A stretch of DNA of 64,000 bases from a virus: positions 1 through 64,000 of IMG/VR virus record IMGVR_UViG_3300008267_000014; one strand, given 5' to 3'. Every line of letters starts with the position of its first letter. The stretch's first letter is position 1. Below the pieces are notes generated by a model. The model was not told where the DNA came from, searched no databases, and worked only from the letters and a program-made list of their open reading frames with translations. Positions 41,701 through 51,833 of the stretch are shown in pieces. Made by a program: the position numbers and the translations under genes.

Positions 41701-41820
41701 GATTATGAAATAATTGAAAATGAAACTATTTTAATATATAACACATTATGTTCAGAATCAGATGAAGGTGTTTCATTCAAACTAAATGTTGGAATAAATT
41801 TTAATATAACTTGTAATTAA
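38764..41820 (+). CDS. Baseplate wedge protein (T4 gp7 / P2 gpI-like motif)
   Basis: LLKNLAQTLGW..RNLILNSAYLFKSKGTRKSVENLMRLIG. Confidence 0.55.
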   Translation: MAEKKYICPPTPATGSGTFSDDLVGFQLVQGGGLTQGNFTFNTAITEKSNRTFNTGTFSDPINLDSLGIESVQQSKQIFENNFKVYPNFDLSQITNFTLYGSLQKRFSVSVQKIINYFPASIESTFLGINYSTGATATNISYNPITDTTVFDLDCSRLRNQFDVDFTVNATRNLELREISVSPLRNLTVEYAKYSLFFKSNEYSVSYIIPTTSLVDGTLTISVIGNPFSGNTESFDNLLIRPNDYEVNRVFNEEFDEVEKFLLNRNVNPKYTATFSVPKESDDGTYYSINQNITWPLNGSWNIDIISSQFTNYLTDLNTIAESLDSYKTNLISRFLTTDAIKDFDTIDQKVEKSLQIYGRSFDETKKFIDALAYMNSVNYNVGNDIPSQLLKNLAQTLGWKTNMSPITNEDFLASVFGQKVTEKSQFTGISTPSTPDELNYQYFRNLILNSAYLFKSKGTRKSVENLMRLIGAPDALVDFNEYVYLADQAINLNQFNSQFGQISGGTYLIELPVLDQNDVYTFQGVSYTGFTTSSIIKDVNIGRDEYPMDDNGFPRAPLDSEEYYFQIGSGWFEQTPEHRAPESVNLTNSVFTGSNPDFQTELIPYTYGQDYLTPFRDFPFMDLGYNLNKSVDNNKSWVVNETGLRSNLDGGYNARYYTSDERLVLNVKNIDLFLNPSQGLLYDVWYMSREYNFPIPDEGLNYTPSTYCNPIPSGYMKMGVNQFSTTFPNVPYPQKGGVDWTEINPKPKQQTFFEFAQTFWSNMINVRNRQYSSGGYPTLESIYWKYLESENFINQPNDNFTYKTMIDYVNGLGDYWVRLVEQMMPASTLFNSGVRYENSIFHRQKFAWRRQRGCEIIPVPCGPCTLSGNLYTVDCPTQSVECSLYPWNDNPAIQSFSAILGNVINSYVGSIGTNINSCNLNSITSEWFVDIRLNDVTVVSKSFFNGVGLSVPALSSPSNVDWLNAVIESLDEFKNYGYDYEIIENETILIYNTLCSESDEGVSFKLNVGINFNITCN

Positions 41821-44054
41821 TGTCTTGTTTACTATCATATAACTTAATCGGAATAACCGGTGATTGTACAAATCAAAGTTTAGGTTCGTTTGAAATTGAA
41901 ATTTTCGGTGATGCTCCTGATTTTACGATACAATGGTTATCACCCATCACTAGTACTATACCATTAGGTGAAGGTGCTACCATTTATAACGTCGAAAATC
42001 TAAGCTCAGGAACGTATGTTTTTAATATTATTGACAGTTGTTCTCCAACTAACACAACAGTGCCCGTTTCAATCTATATTTCTAGTGGAACTTGTTGCAC
42101 TATATCTGAAATACAAAATACTTTATGTAATCAAAATAATGGGTCTTTAACTGCCACCACAACATATGATTATGGTGAAAGTTCATTTTACTTATATCAT
42201 AATACTTTAGGTTATATAACATCAGGTGTTACCGATGTTAATTTACCAACGAACTCTACTGTATTCACTAGCTTAAGTGCTGGTACTTATTATGTTATTG
42301 TCGATGATGGGGGTGGATGTACAGGAACAACAGAAAGTGTTGTTATACAACCATCAGATAGTCTTGATTTTGGATTTTTCATAGTTAACGATGCGGGGTG
42401 TGCGGTCAACTCAGGTAAAATATTTGTTACAGGTTTAACAGGTAATCCTCCATATACTTATTTATGGACTAATGGTGAAACTACTGATTCAATAACGGGA
42501 TTAACTGCCGGTGCTTACGGTGTTACAATCACCGATAGTTCAGGTTGTGAGGTTAGTAAAGATACATATGTGGTACAAGTACCACCGATGGGTCAATCGG
42601 GTATATTAGTTACACAACCATCTTGTTTTACAAGTAATGGTTCTGCAACTATCTATATTTCTGGTGGTACATCACCATTTTATTATTCGGGTTCTAATGG
42701 AACTATAATTGTAGATTTCAGTAATATTGTAGTCTTTGATAATTTACCGGCAGGAACATTTAACTATTATGTCCAAGATTCGGGTTTATGTAAATATTAT
42801 GGTAGTGTTAGTTTAATAACCCCATTGAGTTTTAATATTGTTTCTGTAATAAAAACTAATTCAAGTTGTAGTAATGATGCGGGAACTATTAATGTTCAGG
42901 TATCTTCAGGAACACCACCATATACATTCTCATTAACATATCCAAATTCTTCGGTTAATACCACAACAACAACATTTGGTAATTATACCTTTAATAATTT
43001 AGCTTCGGGCGAATATACATTATCAATTACTGATGCTGGTGAATGTGAGTACACTGAAACAGTTATAATTGAAAATGAGGTTTTATTTTATCTTGATATT
43101 CAAACTACGGGAACTACTTGTAACATATCTAATGGTTCGATAAGTGTTGAAGTTTCAGGGGGTACAGGTCCTTATTTATATGAGATTGATGGTGATATTT
43201 TTCAGTCTAATGAAACAACGTTAAGTTCTCAAACATTTAATAATATTTCATCTGGTAATTATTTGGTGTCAGTTACGGACAATAGTGTTCCTTGTAAACA
43301 AACGTTTCCTATTTTTGTTCCATCATCAAATAGTGTTGATTTTATTACAACTAGTTCTAATCCTACAGGTATTAATAATGGTGTTATTACAACTCTAATA
43401 ATTGATGGTGAACCACCATTTACGTTAGAGTGGAGTTCTAATGTTAATGGACAAACAGGTATGACCGTTACTAATTTATCGGCAGGTACTTATACCATTA
43501 AAATAACTGATGATAACGGATGTGTTAAAGAAAAAACAGTTATACTACAAGGTAGTAATACGTCAAGTAATTATTCTATTTATAATGTTTGTGAGAGTAT
43601 TTTTCAAAATACCGTTGTTAATCTTCAGAAAAAGGCTCTTAATATGTTACTTGAAGGTTTTAATGATTTAACCTCAAATGAAGAAAATTGTATTCTAAAT
43701 CAAGCTATTTTTGATGCATCTGTTACTATTAATGGTGTTACAAATAGACAATCTTTTTATACTGGTAGTACATTAAGTGATGTGCCGACAGATACTATGT
43801 GGGGTGACGCTATCATTGAATTAATAACGTCATATGATGGTATTACAGATGTTTTTATCGATTACAATAATAATGACGTTTCGGTTATAGCTGAATGTGA
43901 TTTATCTGAGGCTAAAGTTTCGGTTAATATGGTAATTCGTTATGATATATCATGTTCTACTTGTAATGATTGTCCTGAATGTGGAAGTAAACAATTTCAA
44001 GACTTTGAATGTTTTGATTTCATGGATTATGTTCCTTATGATTTTATGGGTTAA
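41820..44054 (+). CDS. SprB-repeat-containing virion/adhesin protein
   Basis: Repeated GxPPYTYxW..GLxAGxYxVTITDxxGC units. Confidence 0.7.
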   Translation: MSCLLSYNLIGITGDCTNQSLGSFEIEIFGDAPDFTIQWLSPITSTIPLGEGATIYNVENLSSGTYVFNIIDSCSPTNTTVPVSIYISSGTCCTISEIQNTLCNQNNGSLTATTTYDYGESSFYLYHNTLGYITSGVTDVNLPTNSTVFTSLSAGTYYVIVDDGGGCTGTTESVVIQPSDSLDFGFFIVNDAGCAVNSGKIFVTGLTGNPPYTYLWTNGETTDSITGLTAGAYGVTITDSSGCEVSKDTYVVQVPPMGQSGILVTQPSCFTSNGSATIYISGGTSPFYYSGSNGTIIVDFSNIVVFDNLPAGTFNYYVQDSGLCKYYGSVSLITPLSFNIVSVIKTNSSCSNDAGTINVQVSSGTPPYTFSLTYPNSSVNTTTTTFGNYTFNNLASGEYTLSITDAGECEYTETVIIENEVLFYLDIQTTGTTCNISNGSISVEVSGGTGPYLYEIDGDIFQSNETTLSSQTFNNISSGNYLVSVTDNSVPCKQTFPIFVPSSNSVDFITTSSNPTGINNGVITTLIIDGEPPFTLEWSSNVNGQTGMTVTNLSAGTYTIKITDDNGCVKEKTVILQGSNTSSNYSIYNVCESIFQNTVVNLQKKALNMLLEGFNDLTSNEENCILNQAIFDASVTINGVTNRQSFYTGSTLSDVPTDTMWGDAIIELITSYDGITDVFIDYNNNDVSVIAECDLSEAKVSVNMVIRYDISCSTCNDCPECGSKQFQDFECFDFMDYVPYDFMG

Positions 44055-44111
44055 ATATGAATTTTAACTAATCATTTAATAATATAGTGATATTTATTGT
44101 AAAACTTTATT

Positions 44112-46073
44112 ATGTTATTAACAGATAGAATTGAATATTCAGGTGCTAGTGGTGACCATCTAATACATATCGTTGTCACTGGAGATACTTCTCAAAATCC
44201 CGCAGGTAGTTCATTTAAATTACCTCTAAGTAAAGTTGTCGATATTGTGCCTTACGCAACGGGTGGTACTTATAATTCGATAACGGGTGATATAACGTTT
44301 ACAAATAGTACAGGTGGAACATTTGTTGTTTCAGGTATAACTTGTGATACCATTGAAATAACTAATTCTGAATTTTTAAATTTAATAGATACTAATAGTG
44401 TAAAAGTAGGTTGTTTTTATAAAATAACTGACCCTATTAATGCTGATGAAGGAGTTATCGTTCAAGGTGTTATAACTAATTCTAATTCTAGTTTACAAGG
44501 TAGTGGTATTTTTTTAAATGCCGATTATCAGGGAGTTGGTGATTATAGTGGGGTTAGTGGATATACAGGAAATATAGGTATTTGGGGAACAACACCTAGA
44601 AGTGTGTCGGTTGGAAATGTTGTATTATGGAATAACTTACATTATAAAAACTTAACAGGTTCATGGGGTTCAGCACCAACTGGGGATAGTACAAATTGGG
44701 TTCTTTTAACAAAAAGCGTTACTAATGGTTATATTAGAGAAATTGATTTTATAAAATATAATGTTTACACTAATTTGGTTATTTATAGAGCTGATAGGAG
44801 ATTAAACGAAGTTGATTATGCTACTTTTGGAGGAAGTGATAATAATTTTAATGAATTTCAATGGGGTAAAGATAGAGTAACTGGGAATAAGTTAAAGGGT
44901 AAAGGTAGAATGAATTGTGCTAATAGCAATTGTACTTTTACAAATAACTTAATAGAGGGTACTTTAACAGACACTACTCAAGTTAATGGGTTCATTGGTA
45001 GTTATATTTCAAATATAATATCAAATGAAAGTTATATAACTTGTACTAACTATAATTATGGTTTTGTTACTAATAATAGTTTAACAGGAGCATCTTATAT
45101 ATTATTTGGTTTTATTGAATATGGTTCAGAAATAATAAAAAATACTTTAAATACTAGCTCTTATATAGATATTAACATAACAGCAGGTTATAGAGCTTTT
45201 GTAAATAACATTTTACAAAATGAAAGCTATTTTATTTGTCCTAACATACAAGCAAGTTTAAGCAATAATTCAATAAATAATAGGTCTTGGATAATTATTG
45301 ATATTTGTGAGGGGGTGTTGATGGAAAATAGATTAAATTGTGGTAGTCAATTACTTATAGATTATGTTCAAACATTAATTCAATTTAATCAATTAGATAA
45401 TAATAGTGTAATTACTATAAACCAATGTCAAACTGCATTACTTAAAAATACTTTAGATAAATCAACTATAACTATAAGCACAGTATGTAATTATACAATT
45501 CAAAGAAATTATTTAAGTCATTCTGTTATAACTGTACCAACTTTTAATGCTAGTTTTGAGGAAAATAATTTACAAAATAGTGGTATTGTTGGTACAGAAT
45601 TTAATTTTACTAATTATATTTTAAACTGTATTGTATCTAATTATTCAATAGATTTGAGTGTTATTACTAATGGGCAGCAATACAAAACATTAAATTTAGG
45701 ATATAGTAATTTTGATAAAACTTTAGATTTAGACAATCCTACTATTTACGATTTGTCAACTCAAACTTTAATAATCCAAGATTTTGGTATTATTGGCATA
45801 TATAGATTAACAAATACAACATCAAAAACTATTTCAAAAATAACTACTAATTATGGTGGTGATAGGGTAATGAGATATTACACAGATAGTAGTTTAGATT
45901 TTCAACATACTTTAATAGCAAGTGCAACTGATGGGGATTTAGTTTGTGACGCTCCAAGTAGTATAATTACGATTATAGGTAGAACTATCGGTTCAGATTT
46001 TATAGAATATCAGCAAAGTATTGATGGTGGACAATGTTTAAATTTAAGAACAAATTTAGTAAAACTAGCTTAA
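44112..46073 (+). CDS. Tail fibre/spike-like protein with Asn-rich beta-helix
   Basis: N-terminal anchor-like domain (LIHIVVTGDTSQNPAGSS), GGTY..ITFTNSTGGTF motif, periodic NxLxNxSxI repeats. Confidence 0.55.
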   Translation: MLLTDRIEYSGASGDHLIHIVVTGDTSQNPAGSSFKLPLSKVVDIVPYATGGTYNSITGDITFTNSTGGTFVVSGITCDTIEITNSEFLNLIDTNSVKVGCFYKITDPINADEGVIVQGVITNSNSSLQGSGIFLNADYQGVGDYSGVSGYTGNIGIWGTTPRSVSVGNVVLWNNLHYKNLTGSWGSAPTGDSTNWVLLTKSVTNGYIREIDFIKYNVYTNLVIYRADRRLNEVDYATFGGSDNNFNEFQWGKDRVTGNKLKGKGRMNCANSNCTFTNNLIEGTLTDTTQVNGFIGSYISNIISNESYITCTNYNYGFVTNNSLTGASYILFGFIEYGSEIIKNTLNTSSYIDINITAGYRAFVNNILQNESYFICPNIQASLSNNSINNRSWIIIDICEGVLMENRLNCGSQLLIDYVQTLIQFNQLDNNSVITINQCQTALLKNTLDKSTITISTVCNYTIQRNYLSHSVITVPTFNASFEENNLQNSGIVGTEFNFTNYILNCIVSNYSIDLSVITNGQQYKTLNLGYSNFDKTLDLDNPTIYDLSTQTLIIQDFGIIGIYRLTNTTSKTISKITTNYGGDRVMRYYTDSSLDFQHTLIASATDGDLVCDAPSSIITIIGRTIGSDFIEYQQSIDGGQCLNLRTNLVKLA

Positions 46074-46106
46074 ATAATAAAATTAAAAAAAATATAATAA
46101 AAATTT

Positions 46107-49100
46107 ATGATAACATTAAGTGAAGTACCTTCAGGTGGGAGTTTTACAGGTGGAACTGTAAATGGTGCAACTTATTTTACAGGTGGATTAACAGCTAATA
46201 CATTTAGTGCTACTACATATCTTAATTTACCTGAAAACCCATATTGGACTTCAGGGTCAACTTGGAACGGAACAAATTATCCGATTAAAGCGAATAATGA
46301 TAGTGGGTTAGATGCTACAGGTGATTATTCAGTTGCTGAAGGTTATAATACAACTGCGGTTGGATTTGGTAGTCATGTCGAAGGTTCTAGCTCGACATCT
46401 ATAGGTGTTATTTCACACGCTGAAGGTTATTTTACTATATCATGTGGTGGTTATAGTCATGCTGAAGGTTGTTTAACTATTTCTTGTGGTTATACTAGTC
46501 ATTCTGAGGGTAGTGAAACCACCGCAATAGGGTTTGCAAGTCATGCTGAAGGTGAAAAGACTAAATCTTGTGGAATATCTAGTCATGCTGAAGGATATTT
46601 AACCATATCGTGTGGTGATAGAAGTCATACTGAAGGTCTTTGTACAACATCAATTGGTGATAATAGTCATGCTGAAGGTGAATGTACAATAACTAGTGGT
46701 AATAGTAGTCATGCTGAAGGTTTTATTACGACCGCTATTGGGTGTTATAGTCACAGTGAAGGTGAATGTACCATGGCTTGTGGTTGTGCTAGTCACGTTG
46801 AAGGTCAATTTAGTAGTGCGATTGGTGATTTTTCACACGCGGAAGGTTGGGTTAGTAAAGCCTATGGGTGGGCTAGTCACACACAAAATGATAGTACAGT
46901 TGCTTGTGGTGATGCAAGTCACGCCGAAGGTAGTGAAACTACCGCTATCGGTAATCTAAGTCACGCTGAAGGGGGTGATACTACGGCTATTGGTGATAAT
47001 AGTCACGTAGAAGGTCAATTCACAACGGGTTGTGGGTACGCAAGTCATGCTGAAGGATTTGGGTCTTTAGCTTATGGATGTGCAAGTCATGCCGAAGGTC
47101 AATTAACAATAGCTACGGGACAAATGTCACATGCTGAAGGATATTCAACAAAAACTGGAGGTGAAATATTAGAACCGTTTAATAATAACGGAATATTTTA
47201 TTCGGCATCAACTAACCCGTTATTATATGTATTATATGATTTTTCATCGTTGATTAGTGGTACTAGAATTCAAGTAAGTACTATTAATAGTGCATTTGAA
47301 TCTTTCGTAGCTTCAACTTATTATGATAGTATATCAGGTATGACTATCATTACGTTAACTTCTGACGAATACGGGTTAGACATATCTTACACAACTGAAG
47401 GTATATCCATATTTAATTTTCAAAACACAATACAAGGAGATGCTTCACATGCTGAAGGTCAAATGTCGGTCGCATATGGTGATGCTTCACATGCTGAAGG
47501 TAGAAATACAATAGCTTATGGTGATTATTCACATTCTGAAGGTATAACTACAACATCTTGTGGTTGTTACTCACATTCTGAAGGAGTGTTAACTACTTCG
47601 TTAGGAGTTGCTTCACACGCAGAAGGTAGTCGTACAACCGCTTGTAATGTACATACTCATTCGGAAGGTGCTTGTACTATTGCCGATGGTGACGGCTCAC
47701 ACTCTGAGGGTATTTATAGTACCTCCGTGGGTCATTATTCTCACGTTGAAGGTGTTGGTACAACATCGATAGGTTATGGTTCGCATGCTGAAGGTGGTTT
47801 TTATGATAGTATTGAAGATACATTTTATGAGGGTGGAACGTCAATAGGACGTGGTTCACACGCTGAAGGTTATAAAACAACATCATTTAGTACTGTTTCA
47901 CATTCGGAAGGTACTCAAACAAGGTCAGGTATTAACGCTTACGGGATATCCGCAGAAACTGTAACAAACGGATTTTTGATTTTAAATACTATATATGACG
48001 TTAGCACTGAGTTTTCGATAGGGGATACTGTTATTTTAGAAGATGTGCCGTTATTAAACATATTATCAACTGTAAGTAGTGTATTTTTTAATGGAACTTT
48101 AACAACGATACAATTATCCAATTCAGGTTTAACTGGTAATTATAAAAAAATTGCCAATATAGATAATGTTAATCCTAATTACGCTGATTCATCGATAGGT
48201 TATGGTTCGCATGCTGAGGGTGCTGGTACAAAATCAATTGCTGGATATAGTCATGTTGAAGGGGTTAATACTAAAACTTATGGTGGTGGTTCACATGCTG
48301 AAGGTAGAGATACAACAACTATCGGAAGAGCATCACATTCGGAAGGTGATTGTACTGTTGCGACAGGTTACAGTTCTCACGCTGAAGGTGGTTGTAACAA
48401 TTCATATGGGACTTTCTCACACGCTGAAGGTAGATGTACCATGGCTTGTAATTGGATGTCACATTCGGAAGGTGATTGTACAACATCTTTAGGTTATGGT
48501 TCACATTCAGAAGGTTATTCTACTACATCAGGAGCTAAAGGATTTAGTATATATAATAATACGGTTTCAAATGGGTTATTACAATTAGAAAATAATTATG
48601 GTGATGTTACATCGGAATTTAATCCTAATAATACGGTAACATTATTTGATGGGACGTATTTTAATCCTGTTTTCACTATTTCTGCGGTTACATATGATAT
48701 ATTATTATCCGCAACAACAATTCAATTATATCAAAGTTGGGTCACAAGTACATATTTACAAATTGTTAATTTAAATAATTTAGATAGTGTGTATGCGGAC
48801 GCACCTGTTGGTGATTTTTCACATTCTGAAGGGTATTGTACTAAAGCTATTGGCTACCAATCCGAATCGCAAGGTCTTTGTACTATATCATTTGGTAATA
48901 CGTCACATTCTGAAGGTCAGAAAACAACTGCAATTGGTGGTGCTAGTCATTCTGAAGGTAGTGATACAACGGCATTTGGGTGTTCTAGTCATGCTGAAGG
49001 TCTTTGTACTATGGCTTGTGGTAATTATAGTCATTCTGAAGGTAGTGAAACAATTGCTTACTGTGATAATAGTCACGCTGGTGGAGTTTCGTCAATCGCT

Positions 49101-49520
49101 AGTGGTGATACATCATTTATTCATTCAACTTGTTCGGTAGTAACAGGTGACAGAAGTGCTGTTATTGGTGGTCAAAATATTACGGGAACAACAAATGATA
49201 CTGTTTATGTACCTAATTTGAATATTGGTATTATTGGGTCGGGTACAAGTGTTAGTATTTTAGGTGTTGATGGTAGTGGTTATGTTGTTAGTGGTAATAG
49301 TCTAACAAGTAAGTATATTACAAATTTAACATTCACTGGTAGTGAAACTAAAACTATTACCCATAACCTTAATACAAAATTTGTTCATTGTTCAGTTTGG
49401 GACACTAGTACTAATGAATTAATAACGGCACAAGTTGTGAGGGTTACCGGTAGTGAAACTACTTCATTATACATTACTATTGCAACTGCGGGTAATTATG
49501 ATATATTAATAACAGGATAA
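46107..49520 (+). CDS. YadA-like (SHAEG 14-aa repeat) Cys-rich fibre/adhesin 1
   Basis: Dozens of SHAEGxxTxAxGxx repeats, three inserted domains, C-terminal THNL domain. Confidence 0.75.
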   Translation: MITLSEVPSGGSFTGGTVNGATYFTGGLTANTFSATTYLNLPENPYWTSGSTWNGTNYPIKANNDSGLDATGDYSVAEGYNTTAVGFGSHVEGSSSTSIGVISHAEGYFTISCGGYSHAEGCLTISCGYTSHSEGSETTAIGFASHAEGEKTKSCGISSHAEGYLTISCGDRSHTEGLCTTSIGDNSHAEGECTITSGNSSHAEGFITTAIGCYSHSEGECTMACGCASHVEGQFSSAIGDFSHAEGWVSKAYGWASHTQNDSTVACGDASHAEGSETTAIGNLSHAEGGDTTAIGDNSHVEGQFTTGCGYASHAEGFGSLAYGCASHAEGQLTIATGQMSHAEGYSTKTGGEILEPFNNNGIFYSASTNPLLYVLYDFSSLISGTRIQVSTINSAFESFVASTYYDSISGMTIITLTSDEYGLDISYTTEGISIFNFQNTIQGDASHAEGQMSVAYGDASHAEGRNTIAYGDYSHSEGITTTSCGCYSHSEGVLTTSLGVASHAEGSRTTACNVHTHSEGACTIADGDGSHSEGIYSTSVGHYSHVEGVGTTSIGYGSHAEGGFYDSIEDTFYEGGTSIGRGSHAEGYKTTSFSTVSHSEGTQTRSGINAYGISAETVTNGFLILNTIYDVSTEFSIGDTVILEDVPLLNILSTVSSVFFNGTLTTIQLSNSGLTGNYKKIANIDNVNPNYADSSIGYGSHAEGAGTKSIAGYSHVEGVNTKTYGGGSHAEGRDTTTIGRASHSEGDCTVATGYSSHAEGGCNNSYGTFSHAEGRCTMACNWMSHSEGDCTTSLGYGSHSEGYSTTSGAKGFSIYNNTVSNGLLQLENNYGDVTSEFNPNNTVTLFDGTYFNPVFTISAVTYDILLSATTIQLYQSWVTSTYLQIVNLNNLDSVYADAPVGDFSHSEGYCTKAIGYQSESQGLCTISFGNTSHSEGQKTTAIGGASHSEGSDTTAFGCSSHAEGLCTMACGNYSHSEGSETIAYCDNSHAGGVSSIASGDTSFIHSTCSVVTGDRSAVIGGQNITGTTNDTVYVPNLNIGIIGSGTSVSILGVDGSGYVVSGNSLTSKYITNLTFTGSETKTITHNLNTKFVHCSVWDTSTNELITAQVVRVTGSETTSLYITIATAGNYDILITG
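46131..46346 (+). repeat. 216-bp direct repeat, copy 1
   Basis: 20 mismatches in 216 nt versus 55699-55914 by manual codon alignment. Confidence 0.85.
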
Positions 49521-49536
49521 TTTTAAAAATTAAAAT

Positions 49537-51780
49537 ATGGCAAATAGAATAGAAACAGGATTAAATATAAAAGGATTAAGTGGTGATACTAACGCATTAC
49601 ACGTAACAGGTAACTCATTTATAAATGGTGATGTTAACATCACAGGTAATGTTAATGTTATTGGTACAGCAACAACTTTAAATACTGAAACCGTTCAAAC
49701 AAGAGATAATAGAATACTGTTGAATTATAGTGGTACTACATTAAGTGCGATTGGTGGTGGTATTGAAGTTTTAAGTGGTAAAACTAATGGTACTAATATT
49801 AGTTTAACTACGGATAGTAATGGTGATTGGAATTCAAATACTGGTCTAAATATTAGTGGTAGGACTTCTGATAATACAACATATGGTTTAAGAGTACAAA
49901 ATAACGGTGGTACAGATAATTTAGTTATTAGAAATGATGGTAATGTTGGTATTGGGACAAGTAGTCCAACAAGAATTTTGGATAGTAGAGGTACTTTTAA
50001 TCTACAACCAAGTACAAACACTTTTTTAAGATTTGATTCTTACATGATAGAAGCCCAAGTTGGTAGTTCAAGTAACGCCTTAGCCATTAATATAGATAAT
50101 TTTGGTGGTTCTCAATTAAGAGGTAGTGGTTCTTCTGGGTTAGTAAGTGGTTCAAATAGTTTCGGTATAACTAGTGGTGGGTTAGGTTGGTTTAGGATAG
50201 ACGATAAACTTATTTTTTCATATAGTGATAATTACGTTATAGGATGGTGGGATTTACAAAATAGTAGATTTAGAATAGGTGGTGGGGGATATTCACCAAT
50301 TTATTCTTCAACCACAGAAACATTTGAAGTTATTGGTACTTCAAAAATAAGTGGTAATGTCGGTATAGGTATAACTGGTTCAACAGATGTTAATACTAAA
50401 CTTAAAATCGTTGGTACAGATTCATCATCAAATTACGGATTAAAAGTCCAAAATAGTGGTGGTACAGATAATTTAGTAGTTAGAAATGATGGTAACGTTG
50501 GTATCGGAACAAGTAGTCCAATATCTAAATTACATATTAAAACAACACAAAATCTTACTTCTAATATTGATTACTTTTTACTAGGAAGTGATATATCTAA
50601 TTATTTCATTAGAGCTCACACAAATGGTTATGGTAGTTATGAGACAAGTAGTTTAAAGTTCGCAACTTATGGTGGTGATATTAATTTTACACTAGGTTCT
50701 AATGCTCAAAATAATTTTAATGTTAAACATTCAATATTTAATAATGAATTTAATGTTGGTGGTGGTAGTTTTTATAGTAAATTTTATCATGGTGGTTTTG
50801 CACAAAGTGATGGTATTATCGATGAGTCTTATTTTACTGGTTCAATTATTCCGTCAAGAAAAACGACAAAAACCATTATATCTAATAATGAAGGTGGTAC
50901 TCTTGCTGATACGTATGAAGGATTAAGAATTAGGAAAGGTAATTGGGTTAATACATCTGGTACTACATATTACCCATTAATCGCTTTAGATGGTAATGTT
51001 GGTATCGGAACGGCAACACCAAATGCAAAACTAACCATAGAAAGTCAAAGTGGTATTACTTATCCACTTAGTGTTTCTAGTGTAAATGTAGGTTTAACTA
51101 GAAGTAGATTCCTAAATGCTGGTGGTAATCAAACTGACATACAGATAGGTAATAATAATGGTGGTAATTCATTATACTTAGGTTTAACAAATACTTCAAT
51201 ACCTTATTTAGATAATAGAACTAGTAATAATTTCGAATATCAAATAGTTGGTATTCCAAAAGTTACAATAGACACATCTGGTAATGTTGGTATAGGGACA
51301 AGTACCCCTGGATTTAAACTTCAAGTTATTAACGATAATAATACTGTTGGGATAGAAACAACTGTTGATGGTTCTTCTACACCATTACGACTAACATCTA
51401 CAGATGGAGGGTTTTCAGATAATCAAGAAATAAGAATTGATACTTACCAATCATCATCAATAGTTACAAGATTTGCCACTTACTACGATAGTTCAACAAC
51501 ATGGGGATTTAAATTTTATGGGACAAATAGTTTCTTAAATTCTCAACCAATAATGACATTAAATGGTAATGGTAACGTTGGTATTGGAACAACATCACCA
51601 ACGGCTAAATTAGATATATCCGGTAATACCGGTTATAATCAATTAAGGTTAAGGACATCTTATACACCAACAAGTTCTAGTGATACTAGCGGTAATGTCG
51701 GTGATATAGCTTGGGATGACAATTATTTTTATTGGAAAACATCATCACAATGGTTAAGAGTTAGTGGTCAAACGTTTTAA
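49537..51780 (+). CDS. Tail fibre-like protein with GNVGIGT repeats
   Basis: Six GNVGIG motifs; GNVNVIGTATTLNTETVQTRD fibre motif; C-terminal GDIAWDDNYFYWK domain. Confidence 0.7.
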   Translation: MANRIETGLNIKGLSGDTNALHVTGNSFINGDVNITGNVNVIGTATTLNTETVQTRDNRILLNYSGTTLSAIGGGIEVLSGKTNGTNISLTTDSNGDWNSNTGLNISGRTSDNTTYGLRVQNNGGTDNLVIRNDGNVGIGTSSPTRILDSRGTFNLQPSTNTFLRFDSYMIEAQVGSSSNALAINIDNFGGSQLRGSGSSGLVSGSNSFGITSGGLGWFRIDDKLIFSYSDNYVIGWWDLQNSRFRIGGGGYSPIYSSTTETFEVIGTSKISGNVGIGITGSTDVNTKLKIVGTDSSSNYGLKVQNSGGTDNLVVRNDGNVGIGTSSPISKLHIKTTQNLTSNIDYFLLGSDISNYFIRAHTNGYGSYETSSLKFATYGGDINFTLGSNAQNNFNVKHSIFNNEFNVGGGSFYSKFYHGGFAQSDGIIDESYFTGSIIPSRKTTKTIISNNEGGTLADTYEGLRIRKGNWVNTSGTTYYPLIALDGNVGIGTATPNAKLTIESQSGITYPLSVSSVNVGLTRSRFLNAGGNQTDIQIGNNNGGNSLYLGLTNTSIPYLDNRTSNNFEYQIVGIPKVTIDTSGNVGIGTSTPGFKLQVINDNNTVGIETTVDGSSTPLRLTSTDGGFSDNQEIRIDTYQSSSIVTRFATYYDSSTTWGFKFYGTNSFLNSQPIMTLNGNGNVGIGTTSPTAKLDISGNTGYNQLRLRTSYTPTSSSDTSGNVGDIAWDDNYFYWKTSSQWLRVSGQTF

Positions 51781-51795
51781 AAAAAATATTATATA

Positions 51796-51833
51796 TAAAA
51801 AGTCAGATTAAAGAAATCTGACTTTTATTTTTT
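51796..51833. terminator. Bidirectional terminator between convergent genes
   Basis: AAAAGTCAGATT / AATCTGACTTTT stem flanked by A and T tracts. Confidence 0.75.
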
